Source of the DNA: an uncultured Gammaproteobacteria bacterium
GTDB lineage: Bacteria; Pseudomonadota; Gammaproteobacteria; UBA9214
Assembly: GCA_963773065.1 (NCBI GenBank)
Contig: CAVYZN010000027.1
Span: forward strand, 32,001 to 96,000
DNA: 64,000 nt
Reading direction: 5' to 3'
Shown here: piece after piece, positions 44,723 through 57,259 of the stretch
Position numbering within the stretch: position 1 is the stretch's first letter
Layout of the letters: each line of letters starts with the position of its first letter
The notes under the pieces: model-generated
Database searches by the model: none
What the model was told of the DNA's origin: nothing
Seen by the model: only the letters and a program-made list of their open reading frames with translations
Program-made: the position numbers and the translations under genes

Positions 44723-45751
44723 ATGAGTACGGGGGTAACGATTGCGCTTGATGCAATGGGGGGCGATTTTGGCCCGGATGTGGTCGTCCCCGCCGCGCTC
44801 AGAGCGCTTGAAGAGCATGGCGACTTGAACGTGATCCTGGTGGGCGATGAGGCCGTGCTGAGAAACGCGCTCCAGCGCCACAAGGCAGCCACCCATGGCC
44901 GCGTGAGGATCCATCACGCCAGTCAAAAGGTCGAGATGGATGAAACACCCTCGCACGCGCTGCGCAACAAGAAGGATTCTTCCATGCGCGTGGCGATCGA
45001 TCTCGTAAAGAACGGCGTTGCCGGTGCCTGCGTGAGTGCCGGCAATACCGGCGCACTGATGGCCACCGCCCGGTTTGTGCTGAAGATGCTGCCGGGTATC
45101 GATCGCCCCGCCATTTGCACCGCACTTCCCACCATGACCTCGCATACCTGGATGCTGGATCTTGGGGCAAATGTCGACTGTAACGCCGAGCATCTGCTGC
45201 AGTTCGCCCTCATGGGGTCGGTGCTGGCCGGGGCGGTGGACAACAACCCCCAGCCGCGGATCGGCTTGCTGAATATCGGCGAGGAGGAAATCAAGGGCAA
45301 TGAGCAGGTCAAGGAAGCGGCGCGGTTGCTGGCCCAGAGCCCGCTCAACTACAGCGGTTATGCCGAGGGCGATGATATCTACAAGGGAAACTTCGATGTC
45401 GTAGTCTGCGACGGATTTGTCGGTAATATTTCACTGAAATCCAGCGAGGGCGTTGCCAGGATGATTGCCCATTTCATACGCCAGGAATTCACGCGCAACC
45501 TGCTGACGAAACTCGCGGCATTGTTCGCCATGCCGGTACTCAGGTCGTTTCGGGAGAAGATCGATCCGCGACGTTACAATGGCGCCAGCCTGCTGGGGCT
45601 GAAGGGCATCGTGATAAAAAGCCACGGCAGCGCCGATGTGCTTTCCTATGCCAATGCCATCAAGGTTGCCGTCGTCGAGGCGCGCGAATCCGTGCCAGAG
45701 CGGATCAGCGCCCGGCTGCAAACGTTTCTGGAGAACAGGCAGGCGTCATGA
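44723..45751 (+). CDS. plsX: Phosphate acyltransferase
   Basis: [34 protein letters not shown]. Confidence 0.96.
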   Translation: MSTGVTIALDAMGGDFGPDVVVPAALRALEEHGDLNVILVGDEAVLRNALQRHKAATHGRVRIHHASQKVEMDETPSHALRNKKDSSMRVAIDLVKNGVAGACVSAGNTGALMATARFVLKMLPGIDRPAICTALPTMTSHTWMLDLGANVDCNAEHLLQFALMGSVLAGAVDNNPQPRIGLLNIGEEEIKGNEQVKEAARLLAQSPLNYSGYAEGDDIYKGNFDVVVCDGFVGNISLKSSEGVARMIAHFIRQEFTRNLLTKLAALFAMPVLRSFREKIDPRRYNGASLLGLKGIVIKSHGSADVLSYANAIKVAVVEARESVPERISARLQTFLENRQAS

Positions 45752-46716
45752 TCTATTCCCGTATCACTGGAACCGGCGGTTATTTACCCGAGAAGGTGCT
45801 GACCAACCATGATCTCGAGAAGATCATGGATACCAGCGACGCGTGGATCCGGGATCGCACCGGGATCTACAAACGTCATATCGCCGCCGGTGACGAGACC
45901 ACCTGTGATCTCGCCGAGATCGCGGCAAACCGCGCCATGGAGGCGGCCGGTCGCACCCCCCGGCAGATCGACCTGATCGTTTTCGCCACCACGACGCCCG
46001 ACCGCGTGTTCCCGAGTACCGCGTGCCTACTGCAACAGCGGCTGGATATTCATGGGACGGCGGCCTTTGATGTACAGGCGGTGTGTACCGGTTTTATCTA
46101 CGCGCTGGGTATCGCCGACAAATTCATACGCACCGGCTCCTCGCGCTGCGCCCTGGTGGTCGGGGCGGAGACGCTGTCCCGTATCGTCGACTGGAATGAC
46201 CGCAGTACCAGCATACTGTTTGGCGATGGCGCCGGGGCGGTCGTGTTGGAGGCCAGTGATGAACCCGGCATACTCTCCACGCACCTGCATGCCGATGGCA
46301 GCTACGAGCATCTGCTGACGGTGCCGGCCGGCATCTCCTCCGGCTATGATAAGGTGCAGAGCGGGCAGGCCTATGTCCAGATGCAGGGCAACGAGGTCTT
46401 CAAGATGGCGGTGAATACGCTGGGGCGCATCGTCGATGAGACACTCGCCGCCAACAAGCTCGACAAGTCCGATGTCGACTGGCTGATTCCCCACCAGGCG
46501 AATATCCGCATCATCCAGGCCACGGCCAAGAAACTGAAAATGTCCATGGACCGGGTGGTGGTGACCGTGGATGATCACGGCAATACTTCGGCGGCCTCTG
46601 TCCCCCTGGCGCTGGATGTGGCCGTGCGCGACGGGCGTATCCAGCGTGGCGAAACCCTGCTCATGGAGGCGTTCGGTGGCGGTTTCACCTGGGGTTCGGC
46701 CTTGCTCAAGTACTAG
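45748..46716 (+). CDS. fabH: Beta-ketoacyl-ACP synthase III
   Basis: AVCTGF, FGDGAGA, PHQAN, GNTSAAS, GGGFTWG. Confidence 0.96.
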   Translation: MIYSRITGTGGYLPEKVLTNHDLEKIMDTSDAWIRDRTGIYKRHIAAGDETTCDLAEIAANRAMEAAGRTPRQIDLIVFATTTPDRVFPSTACLLQQRLDIHGTAAFDVQAVCTGFIYALGIADKFIRTGSSRCALVVGAETLSRIVDWNDRSTSILFGDGAGAVVLEASDEPGILSTHLHADGSYEHLLTVPAGISSGYDKVQSGQAYVQMQGNEVFKMAVNTLGRIVDETLAANKLDKSDVDWLIPHQANIRIIQATAKKLKMSMDRVVVTVDDHGNTSAASVPLALDVAVRDGRIQRGETLLMEAFGGGFTWGSALLKY

Positions 46717-46809
46717 CCCGCAATTCTCACCGGGCGGCGGCAGATCAGTAACTATGCGAGCTTTGCGCCTTTGCGGTGGACAAGCCGGTTTATCTTTTCT
46801 CTGCTGACG

Positions 46810-47764
46810 ATGAAGACATCTTTCAATAACGCCGATCAGACGCTTGCCATGGTGTTCCCGGGGCAGGGGTCCCAGTCCGTGGGCATGCTGTCCGGGCTGG
46901 CGCAGGACTTTCCGTTGGTGAGCGAGACGTATCGGGAAGCCAGCGATACCCTGGGTTATGACCTGTGGAAACTGGTCATGGAAGGCCCTGCCGAGGAACT
47001 CAATCTAGACCGACCGGACGCAGCCTGCGATGCTCGCGGCGGGTGTGGCCGTGTGGCGCATCTGGCGGGCGCAAGGCGGTAGGCATCCCGCCGTCATGGC
47101 GGGACACAGCCTGGGTGAATATACGGCGCTGGTCTGCGCCAAGGCGCTGGCGTTTACCGATGCCATAAGACTTGTGGCCGCGCGCGGCCGTTGTATGCAG
47201 GAGGCGGTCGCGGCAGGCAGCGGGGCGATGGCGGCCATACTTGGCCTGAGTGACGCGGATGTTACCGATGTCTGCGCGCGGGCGGCCGAGGGGCGCGTGG
47301 TCGCCGCCGTCAACTTCAATTCACCCGGCCAGGTGGTGATAGCCGGCGATGCCGGGGCCGTGCGGCGTGCGATCGAACTGGCAAAGGCGCGCGGCGCGAA
47401 ACGCGCCGTCCCCTTGCCGGTCAGCGTGCCGTCCCACTGCGAGCTGATGCGCCCGGCAGCAGACCGGTTTGCGGAACATCTGCAGCAGACGGTGATCAGA
47501 GCGCCGGCCATCCCGGTCATCCAGAATGCCGATGTGACGGCCCACGATGACCCGGCCGCCATCCGAGACGCGCTCAAGCGGCAGTTATACAGTCCGGTAC
47601 AGTGGATGAGAACGGTGGAATCGATGCGCGGCGCCGGCATCCAGCGTATTCTCGAGGCCGGTCCGGGCAAGGTCCTCACGGGTCTTTGCAAACGCATCGA
47701 CAAGGAACTGATTACGGCGGCGGTTTATGATCCGGACAGTCTGAACGCGGCATTGAACGCTTGA
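46810..47764 (+). CDS. fabD: Malonyl-CoA:ACP transacylase (frameshift ~47005)
   Basis: FPGQGSQ, GHSLGEY, NFNSPGQ, VSVPSHC. Confidence 0.94.
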
Positions 47765-47791
47765 TGAACAGGCGCTGCTAGGGAGGCAGGC

Positions 47792-48535
47792 ATGGGATTG
47801 AATGATGAGATCGTACTGGTAACCGGCGCGAGCCGCGGTATCGGCAGGGCCATTGCGCGCGAACTGGGCGCCCGGGGAGCAACCGTCGTGGGCACGGCAA
47901 CCACCGAACAGGGCGCCCGGGGCATTCAAGAAGAGCTGTCGAAGAACGCCATTCGTGGCGCCGGCATGGTCCTGAATGTCACCAGCAGCGATTCCATAGC
48001 GGCGTTTTTCAAGACCCTGCAGGACGATTTCGGGAATCCCACGGTACTGGTTAACAATGCGGGCATTACCAGGGACAATCTTCTCATGCGCATGAAGGAG
48101 GAGGAGTGGGACCTTGTAATTCAAACCAATCTCACCTCGGTTTTCCATCTGAGCAAGGCCTGTCTGCGCGGCATGATGAAGGCGAGGCAGGGCAGGATCA
48201 TAACCATCGCCTCCGTCGTCGGGGCCACCGGCAACCCCGGGCAGGCAAATTATGCCGCAACCAAGGCGGGTGTCATCGGTTTTACCAAATCACTGGCGCG
48301 CGAAGTCGGTTCACGCGGCATCACCGTCAATGCCGTTGCCCCGGGATTCATCGATACGGATATGACGCGCGCCTTGTCCGCAGAACAACGGGAGAAATTG
48401 ATCGAGCAAATCCCGCTGGCGAGACTGGGCGATGCGAGGGATGTTGCCTGTGCGGTTGCTTTTCTCGCATCGCGCGAGGCCGGTTATATTACGGGCGAGA
48501 CGATCCATGTGAATGGCGGTATGTACATGACCTGA
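47792..48535 (+). CDS. fabG: 3-oxoacyl-ACP reductase
   Basis: TGASRGIG, NNAGITRD, YAATK, VNGGMYM. Confidence 0.96.
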   Translation: MGLNDEIVLVTGASRGIGRAIARELGARGATVVGTATTEQGARGIQEELSKNAIRGAGMVLNVTSSDSIAAFFKTLQDDFGNPTVLVNNAGITRDNLLMRMKEEEWDLVIQTNLTSVFHLSKACLRGMMKARQGRIITIASVVGATGNPGQANYAATKAGVIGFTKSLAREVGSRGITVNAVAPGFIDTDMTRALSAEQREKLIEQIPLARLGDARDVACAVAFLASREAGYITGETIHVNGGMYMT

Positions 48536-48771
48536 ATTATCAGCCGCGGCTCCGCCTTGTGCAGAATCTGATTCACACCGTCAGGATGACGATGCAAGAT
48601 GCTGTTTGATATGTACTAAATGCGTAATAGGTAGCCGTAACCGCGCCATGCGTGATTGTAACCATGCCTGTCCTCGCCACGGTGGGAGTGACTTGTATCT
48701 TGTATAAGGCATTCACTACAATACCCGCGCAGCGCATGCCGCCTTTTTTAAACACAGAGGAATAATCCGAA

Positions 48772-49008
48772 ATGAGCAACGTTGATGAACGTGTCAAGAA
48801 GATTGTTATTGAGCAACTGGGAGTCAAGGAAGAAGAGGTGACCAATGCCGCTTCTTTTGTCGATGATCTTGGCGCGGATTCTCTGGACACAGTAGAACTC
48901 GTCATGGCTCTGGAAGAGGAGTTCGAATGTGAAATTCCTGACGAGGAGGCCGAGAAAATCACCACCGTCCAGCAGGCAATTGATTACGTCAACGCCCACC
49001 TTGGTTGA
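48772..49008 (+). CDS. acpP: Acyl carrier protein
   Basis: [20 protein letters not shown]. Confidence 0.98.
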   Translation: MSNVDERVKKIVIEQLGVKEEEVTNAASFVDDLGADSLDTVELVMALEEEFECEIPDEEAEKITTVQQAIDYVNAHLG

Positions 49009-49028
49009 TCATTCCCCTATCAGATACC

Positions 49029-49067
49029 GGCCGCACCGGCCTGAACAGCGGTGCGGCCTTTTGTTTT
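49029..49067 (+). terminator. Rho-independent terminator after acpP
   Basis: GGCCGCACC..GGTGCGGCC stem followed by TTTTGTTTT. Confidence 0.75.
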
Positions 49068-49110
49068 CAGCACGTATGAATTCATACAGGACACTGGCGG
49101 AAATCGGGTG

Positions 49111-50352
49111 TTGTCCAGAAGACGCGTAGTTGTCACCGGGCTGGGTATCGTTTCGCCGGTCGGTAATTCTGTCGATGACGCTTGGGCCAGCATCCTGGCG
49201 GGGAAAAGCGGTATTGGACCCCTTACCCGTTTCGACGTCTCCGCGTTCCCGGTGCGTTTCGGCGGCGAGGTCAGGGATTTCGACGTCACGAAATATATCC
49301 CCGCAAAGGATGCGCGCAAGATGGCGCCGTTCATCCACTATGGTATCGCGGCGGCGGGCCAGGCCTTTGCCGATTCCGGTCTGGTAATCGACGAAAGCAA
49401 TGCCGATCGCGCCGGCATGGCCATCGGTTCGGGTATCGGCGGACTGCCGGGAATCGAGGATGCCTATCAGGCCTATATCGATGGTGGTCCACGCAAAATT
49501 TCCCCGTTTTTCGTACCCAGCAATATCATCAACATGATCGGCGGCAACCTTTCCATCCTCCACGGCATGAAAGGACCGAATATCGCGATCGTTACCGCCT
49601 GCGCCACGTCGACCCACAATATCGGCGTCGCGGCCCGCATGATAGCCTACGGCGATGCCGACATCATGATGGCGGGGGGCGCTGAAATGACGACCTGCCC
49701 CACGGGTATCGGCGGATTCGCGGCGGCACGCGCGCTGTCGACCCGCAACGACGACCCGCAGGCCGCGAGTCGTCCATGGGATCGGGAGCGGGACGGTTTT
49801 GTGCTCAGCGACGGCGCCGGCATACTGATGCTCGAGGAGTATGAACAGGCGCGGCGGCGCGGCGCGAACATCTACGCCGAAGTGGCCGGTTTTGGCATGA
49901 GCGGTGATGCCTATCACATGACCCAGCCTGCCGTCGGGGGTGAGGGCGCGGCGCGGTGCATGCACAATGCCATCGCCGATGCGGCCATGGACAAGGCTGA
50001 CATCCACTACATCAACGCCCACGGCACCTCAACTCCCGCCGGTGATCTTGCCGAGACGCTGGCGATAAAACGGGTGTTCGGCGACTATGCCGGCAATGTG
50101 GCCGTCAGTTCCACGAAGTCGATGACCGGGCATCTGCTCGGGGCGGCGGGCGGGATCGAGGCGGTCTTCTCGGTGCTGGCGCTGCGCGACCAGGTGGCGC
50201 CGCCGACGATCAACCTGGAGCATCCCGACCCCGAGTGTAATCTGGACTATGTGCCGAATGTGGCCCGGGAGATGAAGATCGGCACCGTGATGTCGAATTC
50301 ATTCGGTTTCGGCGGAACCAACGCAACGCTGATCCTGCGCAAACCGGACTGA
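49111..50352 (+). CDS. fabF: Beta-ketoacyl-ACP synthase II
   Basis: [37 protein letters not shown]. Confidence 0.96.
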   Translation: MSRRRVVVTGLGIVSPVGNSVDDAWASILAGKSGIGPLTRFDVSAFPVRFGGEVRDFDVTKYIPAKDARKMAPFIHYGIAAAGQAFADSGLVIDESNADRAGMAIGSGIGGLPGIEDAYQAYIDGGPRKISPFFVPSNIINMIGGNLSILHGMKGPNIAIVTACATSTHNIGVAARMIAYGDADIMMAGGAEMTTCPTGIGGFAAARALSTRNDDPQAASRPWDRERDGFVLSDGAGILMLEEYEQARRRGANIYAEVAGFGMSGDAYHMTQPAVGGEGAARCMHNAIADAAMDKADIHYINAHGTSTPAGDLAETLAIKRVFGDYAGNVAVSSTKSMTGHLLGAAGGIEAVFSVLALRDQVAPPTINLEHPDPECNLDYVPNVAREMKIGTVMSNSFGFGGTNATLILRKPD

Positions 50353-50375
50353 AACCAGTGAAAGCCCTGTGCGAC

Positions 50376-51776
50376 ATGGGCGGCAACCTGGGCTCATCAA
50401 CCTATGCTTCCCAGCCGCGCTGCCAGGTGCGCGAGGTCAACCGGTCGTTCGATCTGGTCGAACTGCATGCGGGCAACCCGGCGCGTTATCCGCACCTTCT
50501 GCAAAGCCTGGCGCACGGGCGCTACGACCTGCTGTTCGCCTTCCCGGATGAATCGCTCAGACTCGACCCATCCGGCGCGCTGAGCGGACCCGCGGAAGCA
50601 GAACCGGCAAGCGGTGACTTTCTCGCGGCGCTTGATCGCTGGTGGTCTTCGTCATCAACTGACAATAGTGCGCCGGAAGACCTGCCTTTTACCGGCGGCT
50701 GGTTCGTCTACCTGGGCTATGAACTGGCCGCGCAGATCGAACCCCGTCTGCGTCTGCCGTGTGCCGGTGGGGTATTGCCGGTCGCTATCGCCACGCGATT
50801 CGCGACGGCGATTGTGCGTGACCATGTGAAACACACGACCGCCATCGTCGCGGAAGCCGGGCACGAGGGACGGGTCGCCGCCATCGAAAGGGACATCACC
50901 GGCCTGTCATCCGCAGATCGGCGGTATCGGGAAGGGCTGCGGCTTGAACGGCTGATCGAGGCACCCGGGGAGCACTATCTGGATGCCGTTACGCGCATCC
51001 ACCGGTACATACGCGAGGGCGACGTATTCCAGGTCAACCTCTCGCGGCCGTGGCGGATAACTGCACGGGACACGGTGGATGCGGCGGCGCTCTACAAGAA
51101 TCTGAGGCGTCACAATCCGGCGCCCTACAGCGGGATCGCCCGCTTCGGGGATGCCGCCATCATCAGCTCTTCGCCGGAGCGGCTGGTGCGGGTGCGGGGT
51201 CGAACGGTGGAGACGCGCCCGATCGCCGGGACGCGGCCCAGAGGCCGCAACAAGATAACCGATAGCGATTATTCCAGGGAATTGCTGGCGCACCCGAAGG
51301 AACGGGCCGAGCACGTCATGCTGATCGACCTGGAGCGCAATGACCTGGGACGTATTTGCATACCGGGCTCCGTGGTGGTCGATGAATTCATGGTGCTCGA
51401 ATCCTACGCGCATGTACATCATATCGTGTCGAATGTTAAAGGCGAGTTGCGCGGCGAGGTCTCCCCTGGACAGGTGTTACAAGCCGTGTTCCCGGGCGGA
51501 ACGATTACCGGCTGTCCCAAGGTGCGCTGCATGGAAATCATTGCCGAACTTGAACAGCAGCCGCGGGACGCCTATACCGGTTCCATGGGTTATATCAACC
51601 GCGACGGCAGTATGGACATGAACATCCTGATCCGCAGCATGATCGCCTCGGCCAACGGCGTGCACTTCCGTGCCGGTGCCGGCATCGTCGCGGATTCGGT
51701 TCCCGAGGCGGAACTGGCCGAAACGCGCGCCAAAGCGCTCGGTTTGCTGCATGCGCTTGGCGTTGATGATGCCTGA
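50376..51776 (+). CDS. pabB: Aminodeoxychorismate synthase component I
   Basis: GDVFQVNLSR, SSSPERL, KERAEHVMLIDLERND, FPGGTITGCPK; upstream of pabC. Confidence 0.85.
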   Translation: MGGNLGSSTYASQPRCQVREVNRSFDLVELHAGNPARYPHLLQSLAHGRYDLLFAFPDESLRLDPSGALSGPAEAEPASGDFLAALDRWWSSSSTDNSAPEDLPFTGGWFVYLGYELAAQIEPRLRLPCAGGVLPVAIATRFATAIVRDHVKHTTAIVAEAGHEGRVAAIERDITGLSSADRRYREGLRLERLIEAPGEHYLDAVTRIHRYIREGDVFQVNLSRPWRITARDTVDAAALYKNLRRHNPAPYSGIARFGDAAIISSSPERLVRVRGRTVETRPIAGTRPRGRNKITDSDYSRELLAHPKERAEHVMLIDLERNDLGRICIPGSVVVDEFMVLESYAHVHHIVSNVKGELRGEVSPGQVLQAVFPGGTITGCPKVRCMEIIAELEQQPRDAYTGSMGYINRDGSMDMNILIRSMIASANGVHFRAGAGIVADSVPEAELAETRAKALGLLHALGVDDA

Positions 51777-51795
51777 TGTTCGCGGACTTGCGCCC

Positions 51796-52651
51796 ATGAC
51801 CTCACGAGACATGCCGCGTGTCCTGATCGACGGTGAGGCGACGGATCGCATCTCGAGCCTGGACAGGGGGCTCTTGTACGGTGACGGTGTCTTTGAAACC
51901 ATCGCCGTGAAGGATGCGCGGCCGCACTTCTGGTTGCGGCACTTGGCGCGACTTCATGCCGGCTGCGAGCGTCTGGGCATTCCGTGTCCGGACGGAAACT
52001 CGGCTCCTTGAGGAATCACTGCTAATCATTGCAGGCATGAACCGGGGCGTACTCAAAATCATCGTGACCCGAGGGGCGAGAGGGCGCGGCTACCGGCCGG
52101 CGGCGAAGGTAAGCCCGACCCGGATCATCCAGTTACATCCATGGCCTGACTATCCGGATTTCTGCAGCGAGGCAGGGGTGGCGGTTCGCCTATGCCGGCA
52201 GCGCCTGGGTTGCAATCCGGCGACGGCCGGCATCAAGCACCTCAACCGTCTCGAGCAAGTCCTCGCGCGGCGGGAATGGGATGATCCCGGCATCCTGGAA
52301 GGACTGCTACTGGACGGGGATGAACGCCTGGTGGAAGGCACCATGAGCAACCTATTTCTCATCAGGGATAGTGTCTTGATGACACCCGGGCTGACCCGCT
52401 GCGGCGTGGCAGGCATCCTGCGCACGGTCGTGATGGAGCTGGCCGCAGGCTTGCCGCTGCAGGTGCAGATCAAGGCGCCTGGATTGCCTGACCTGTGGCG
52501 CGCGGATGAGGTCTTCCTGACCAACAGCGTCATCGGCATCTGGCCGGTCGTCGCGGTCGACGGCCACCCGTTTCAAAAGGGGGCGGTCACCCGGCGCCTG
52601 CAGGAACTGCTGGCGAGTCTGCCATCGGAAGGCGAGGCGTGGCTTAACTGA
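51796..52651 (+). CDS. pabC: Aminodeoxychorismate lyase (frameshift ~51990)
   Basis: DRGLLYGDGVFET, IKHLNRLEQV, EGTMSN, GVAGILR. Confidence 0.92.
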
Positions 52652-52676
52652 AGCGTGAGCGTTATCCTCTATTCCC

Positions 52677-54370
<1,694 letters not shown>

Positions 54371-54517
54371 CGTGGGTGAACAGGACTCCCCGGTAACACC
54401 TGATGCAGGCGCACGGAGTCAATCCGCTTTCTTCTGGATGGTGGACTATGGAAACGGATGCTCACGGGAGCTGCTGTTGCAAAGCCTGAGAGATAAAGCG
54501 TAACTATTTGTTAGTAT

Positions 54518-55495
54518 ATGGATAATATGTATCCATGGCTTGAACCTTTCTGGGATCGCCTGATGGCGTCGCACAGGCAAAACCGCTTGCCGCATGCCTT
54601 GCTGCTGACCGGTCAACCAGGCATGGGCAAGGCCGTATTCGCCAATGAACTGGCGCGCTTACTCCTGTGTGAGCGCCCGGTGGCAGGCGCCGCGCCCTGC
54701 CGGGAGTGCAGCAGTTGCACGCTGTTCGCAGCCGGCAACAACCCGGATTTTTTCCGCCTCAACCCGATCGAGGACAGCAAGGTGATCAGGATCGACCAGG
54801 TCCGGGAACTCTCCGAGAGCCTGTCCCTGACCAGTCACGGCAACGGTTACAAGGTGGCCATTCTGGAACCGGCGGATGTCCTGAATATCAATGCCGCCAA
54901 CAGCTTGCTAAAGACACTTGAAGAGCCGTCCGATAACACGGTACTGGTTCTGGTCAGTGCCCATCCGGCCCGTTTGCCGGCCACGATACGCAGCCGCTGC
55001 CAGGAAGTCTGCCTCCAGGCGCCTGACCGCGACATGACCGCCCGGTGGCTGGCCACACAGTATGCCGGTCCGTCGCCGGAGGTGTATCTCGCACTGGCGA
55101 ACGGTGCGCCGCTGCAGGCGCTGCAACTGGCGCAGGCGAATGCACTGGAAGAACGCCACCAGCGTTTCCAAGCGTTGCTCGGCATCCATGCGGGTCATGA
55201 CGATCCCCTCACCGTGGCGCAGGACTGGGCCAAGGACGAGGATTTAAAGGGACTTTGCTGGATGCAGGAATGGCTCATGGACATGCTGAGAATCCGCCTC
55301 ACCGGACAGACGCGAGGGATACACAGCATCGACCTGCTGGACGGCCTGTCCGTGCTTGCGCAGCAACTGGATAGCAGGGTACTGTTCGGCCTGCTTGACA
55401 GCGTCAACCGGATGCGGAAACTTGCCGACGGCACCTTGAACCGGCAATTGATGATGGAAGATATCCTGCTCGCATGGGCGGACCGGACTTCCTAG
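54518..55495 (+). CDS. holB: DNA polymerase III subunit delta'
   Basis: HALLL.G..GMGK, C..C..C zinc site, AANSLLKTLEEP, TIRSRC. Confidence 0.95.
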   Translation: MDNMYPWLEPFWDRLMASHRQNRLPHALLLTGQPGMGKAVFANELARLLLCERPVAGAAPCRECSSCTLFAAGNNPDFFRLNPIEDSKVIRIDQVRELSESLSLTSHGNGYKVAILEPADVLNINAANSLLKTLEEPSDNTVLVLVSAHPARLPATIRSRCQEVCLQAPDRDMTARWLATQYAGPSPEVYLALANGAPLQALQLAQANALEERHQRFQALLGIHAGHDDPLTVAQDWAKDEDLKGLCWMQEWLMDMLRIRLTGQTRGIHSIDLLDGLSVLAQQLDSRVLFGLLDSVNRMRKLADGTLNRQLMMEDILLAWADRTS

Positions 55496-55535
55496 ACTAG
55501 GACGACACCGATCACCAGGAAAGGGTAGTAGAGAC

Positions 55536-55889
55536 ATGAACCAGGCAAGCGCACCGCGACAGGGAATTCTCTCACTCACCATCAAGGACAAGAGCGCCTT
55601 GTATGCCGCCTACATGCCGTTCGTCAAGGGCGGCGGCCTGTTTATACCGACAAAAAAGCATTACAAACTGGGTGATGAGGTTTTCATGCTGCTCACCCTG
55701 ATGGACGAGCCGGAGAAGATCCCCGTGGCCGGCAAGATCGTCTGGATTACACCCGTCGGTGCTCAGGGCAACCGTGCGGCCGGAATCGGTGTGCAGTTCA
55801 GCGACCAGGATGACGGGGCGGCCCGCAACAAGATCGAGGGTTATCTCGCCGGGACGCTGGAGTCCGACCGCCCGACCCATACCCTGTAG
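55536..55889 (+). CDS. pilZ: Type IV pilus assembly protein PilZ
   Basis: LSLTIKDKSALYAAYMPFVKGGGLFIPT..PTHTL; holB-pilZ-tatD synteny. Confidence 0.95.
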   Translation: MNQASAPRQGILSLTIKDKSALYAAYMPFVKGGGLFIPTKKHYKLGDEVFMLLTLMDEPEKIPVAGKIVWITPVGAQGNRAAGIGVQFSDQDDGAARNKIEGYLAGTLESDRPTHTL

Positions 55890-55954
55890 CCGCCGCGGTT
55901 GCGGTAATCCCGAAACCGACTATCATTCAGCCTCTCGTCGAGTAGAGGCTCTTC

Positions 55955-56739
55955 ATGCTGGTTGATTCCCATTGCCACCTGGATCTGCTGGACCTGCATT
56001 CCTTTTCGGGCGGGCTTGAGGGTGTGATCGATGCGGCGCGCGAACAGGGCGTCACCCACCTGCTGTGCGTATCCATCAATCTGGAGAATTACCCGCGCAT
56101 GTTGTCGCTGGTTGAACGCCTTGCAGAGGTCAGCGTTTCCGTCGGGGTGCATCCCAACGAACGGGGCGGGCACGAGCCATTAGCCGGTGAGCTAGTCGAA
56201 CTTGCCGCTCACCCCAGGGTCGTGGCCATCGGCGAGACCGGCCTGGATTACTTTCGCAGCGAGGGTGAGCTGGAGTGGCAGCGCGAGCGGTTCAGGAATC
56301 ACATCAGGGCGGCGAAACAGGCCGGAAAGCCGCTGATCGTGCATTCGCGTGATGCCAAGGAAGACACCCTGGCGATCCTGCGGGAAGAGGACGCCGGCGA
56401 GGCGGGTGGCGTCATGCATTGTTTTACCGGCGACTGGGAGATGGCCAAGCGGGCCATGGATCTGAACTTTTATATCTCCTTTTCCGGCATCGTGACCTTC
56501 AATAGCGCCCGGGAACTCATGGATGTCGCACGCCGTATGCCGGCTGGAGCGCATGCTGGTGGAAACGGACTGCCCCTACCTGGCGCCGGTGCCCCACCGC
56601 GGCAAGCCCAACCAGCCGGCCTACGTGCGTCATGTCGCGGAGCATATTGCGAACCTGCGCGGCGAATCTTTCGAGCAGCATCGCCGCGACAACGACGCGT
56701 AATTTCCTGACGCTGTTCAATCCACCCGCGCCGGTTTGA
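55955..56739 (+). CDS. TatD family hydrolase (YcfH-like; frameshifts near 3' end)
   Basis: [25 protein letters not shown]; ETDCPYLAP in a shifted frame. Confidence 0.92.
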
Positions 56740-56840
56740 TCGTGGCGCGCGTCGTTACATCGGTGTGATGACTGAGGGCGGCGATTAGCGGGTAAGGTGC
56801 GTGCGGAAAATTCGTGCCAATACGAATATCGGTGGTGGCA

Positions 56841-57238
56841 TCAGTCCGACCGCGGCAACGGCGCGGACGGCGGTTTTCGTCCACGGCGACATAGGTCACA
56901 TCGGCCTCCGTGACCTGGATGTACTCGTCGCGGTCACCATGGCGCTCGGCATACGCCTTGACATGCACGGTCAATGACGTGTGGCCGACCCGTGTGATCT
57001 CCGCATAGCAACTGATCAGGTCGCCGACGAATACCGGGTGATGGAACTGGAAGGCATTGACCGCGACGGTGACGATACGGCCGCGGGCGCGCCGTCTGGC
57101 GATGACGCTGCCGGCGATGTCGACCTGGGACATGATCCAGCCGCCGAAGATATCGCCCGCGGCGTTGGTGTCCGCCGGGCCGGCCATGACGCGGATGGCC
57201 AGGTGCCGATCATCCGGTAAGCCCTCTGCGCTAGTCAT
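56841..57238 (-). CDS. Acyl-CoA thioesterase (YciA-like hotdog fold); 3' end uncertain
   Basis: PADTNAAGDIFGGWIMSQVDIAG, VGHTSL, TYVAVD. Confidence 0.88.
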
Positions 57239-57259
57239 GAATCATCCGCATCGCAGCGA

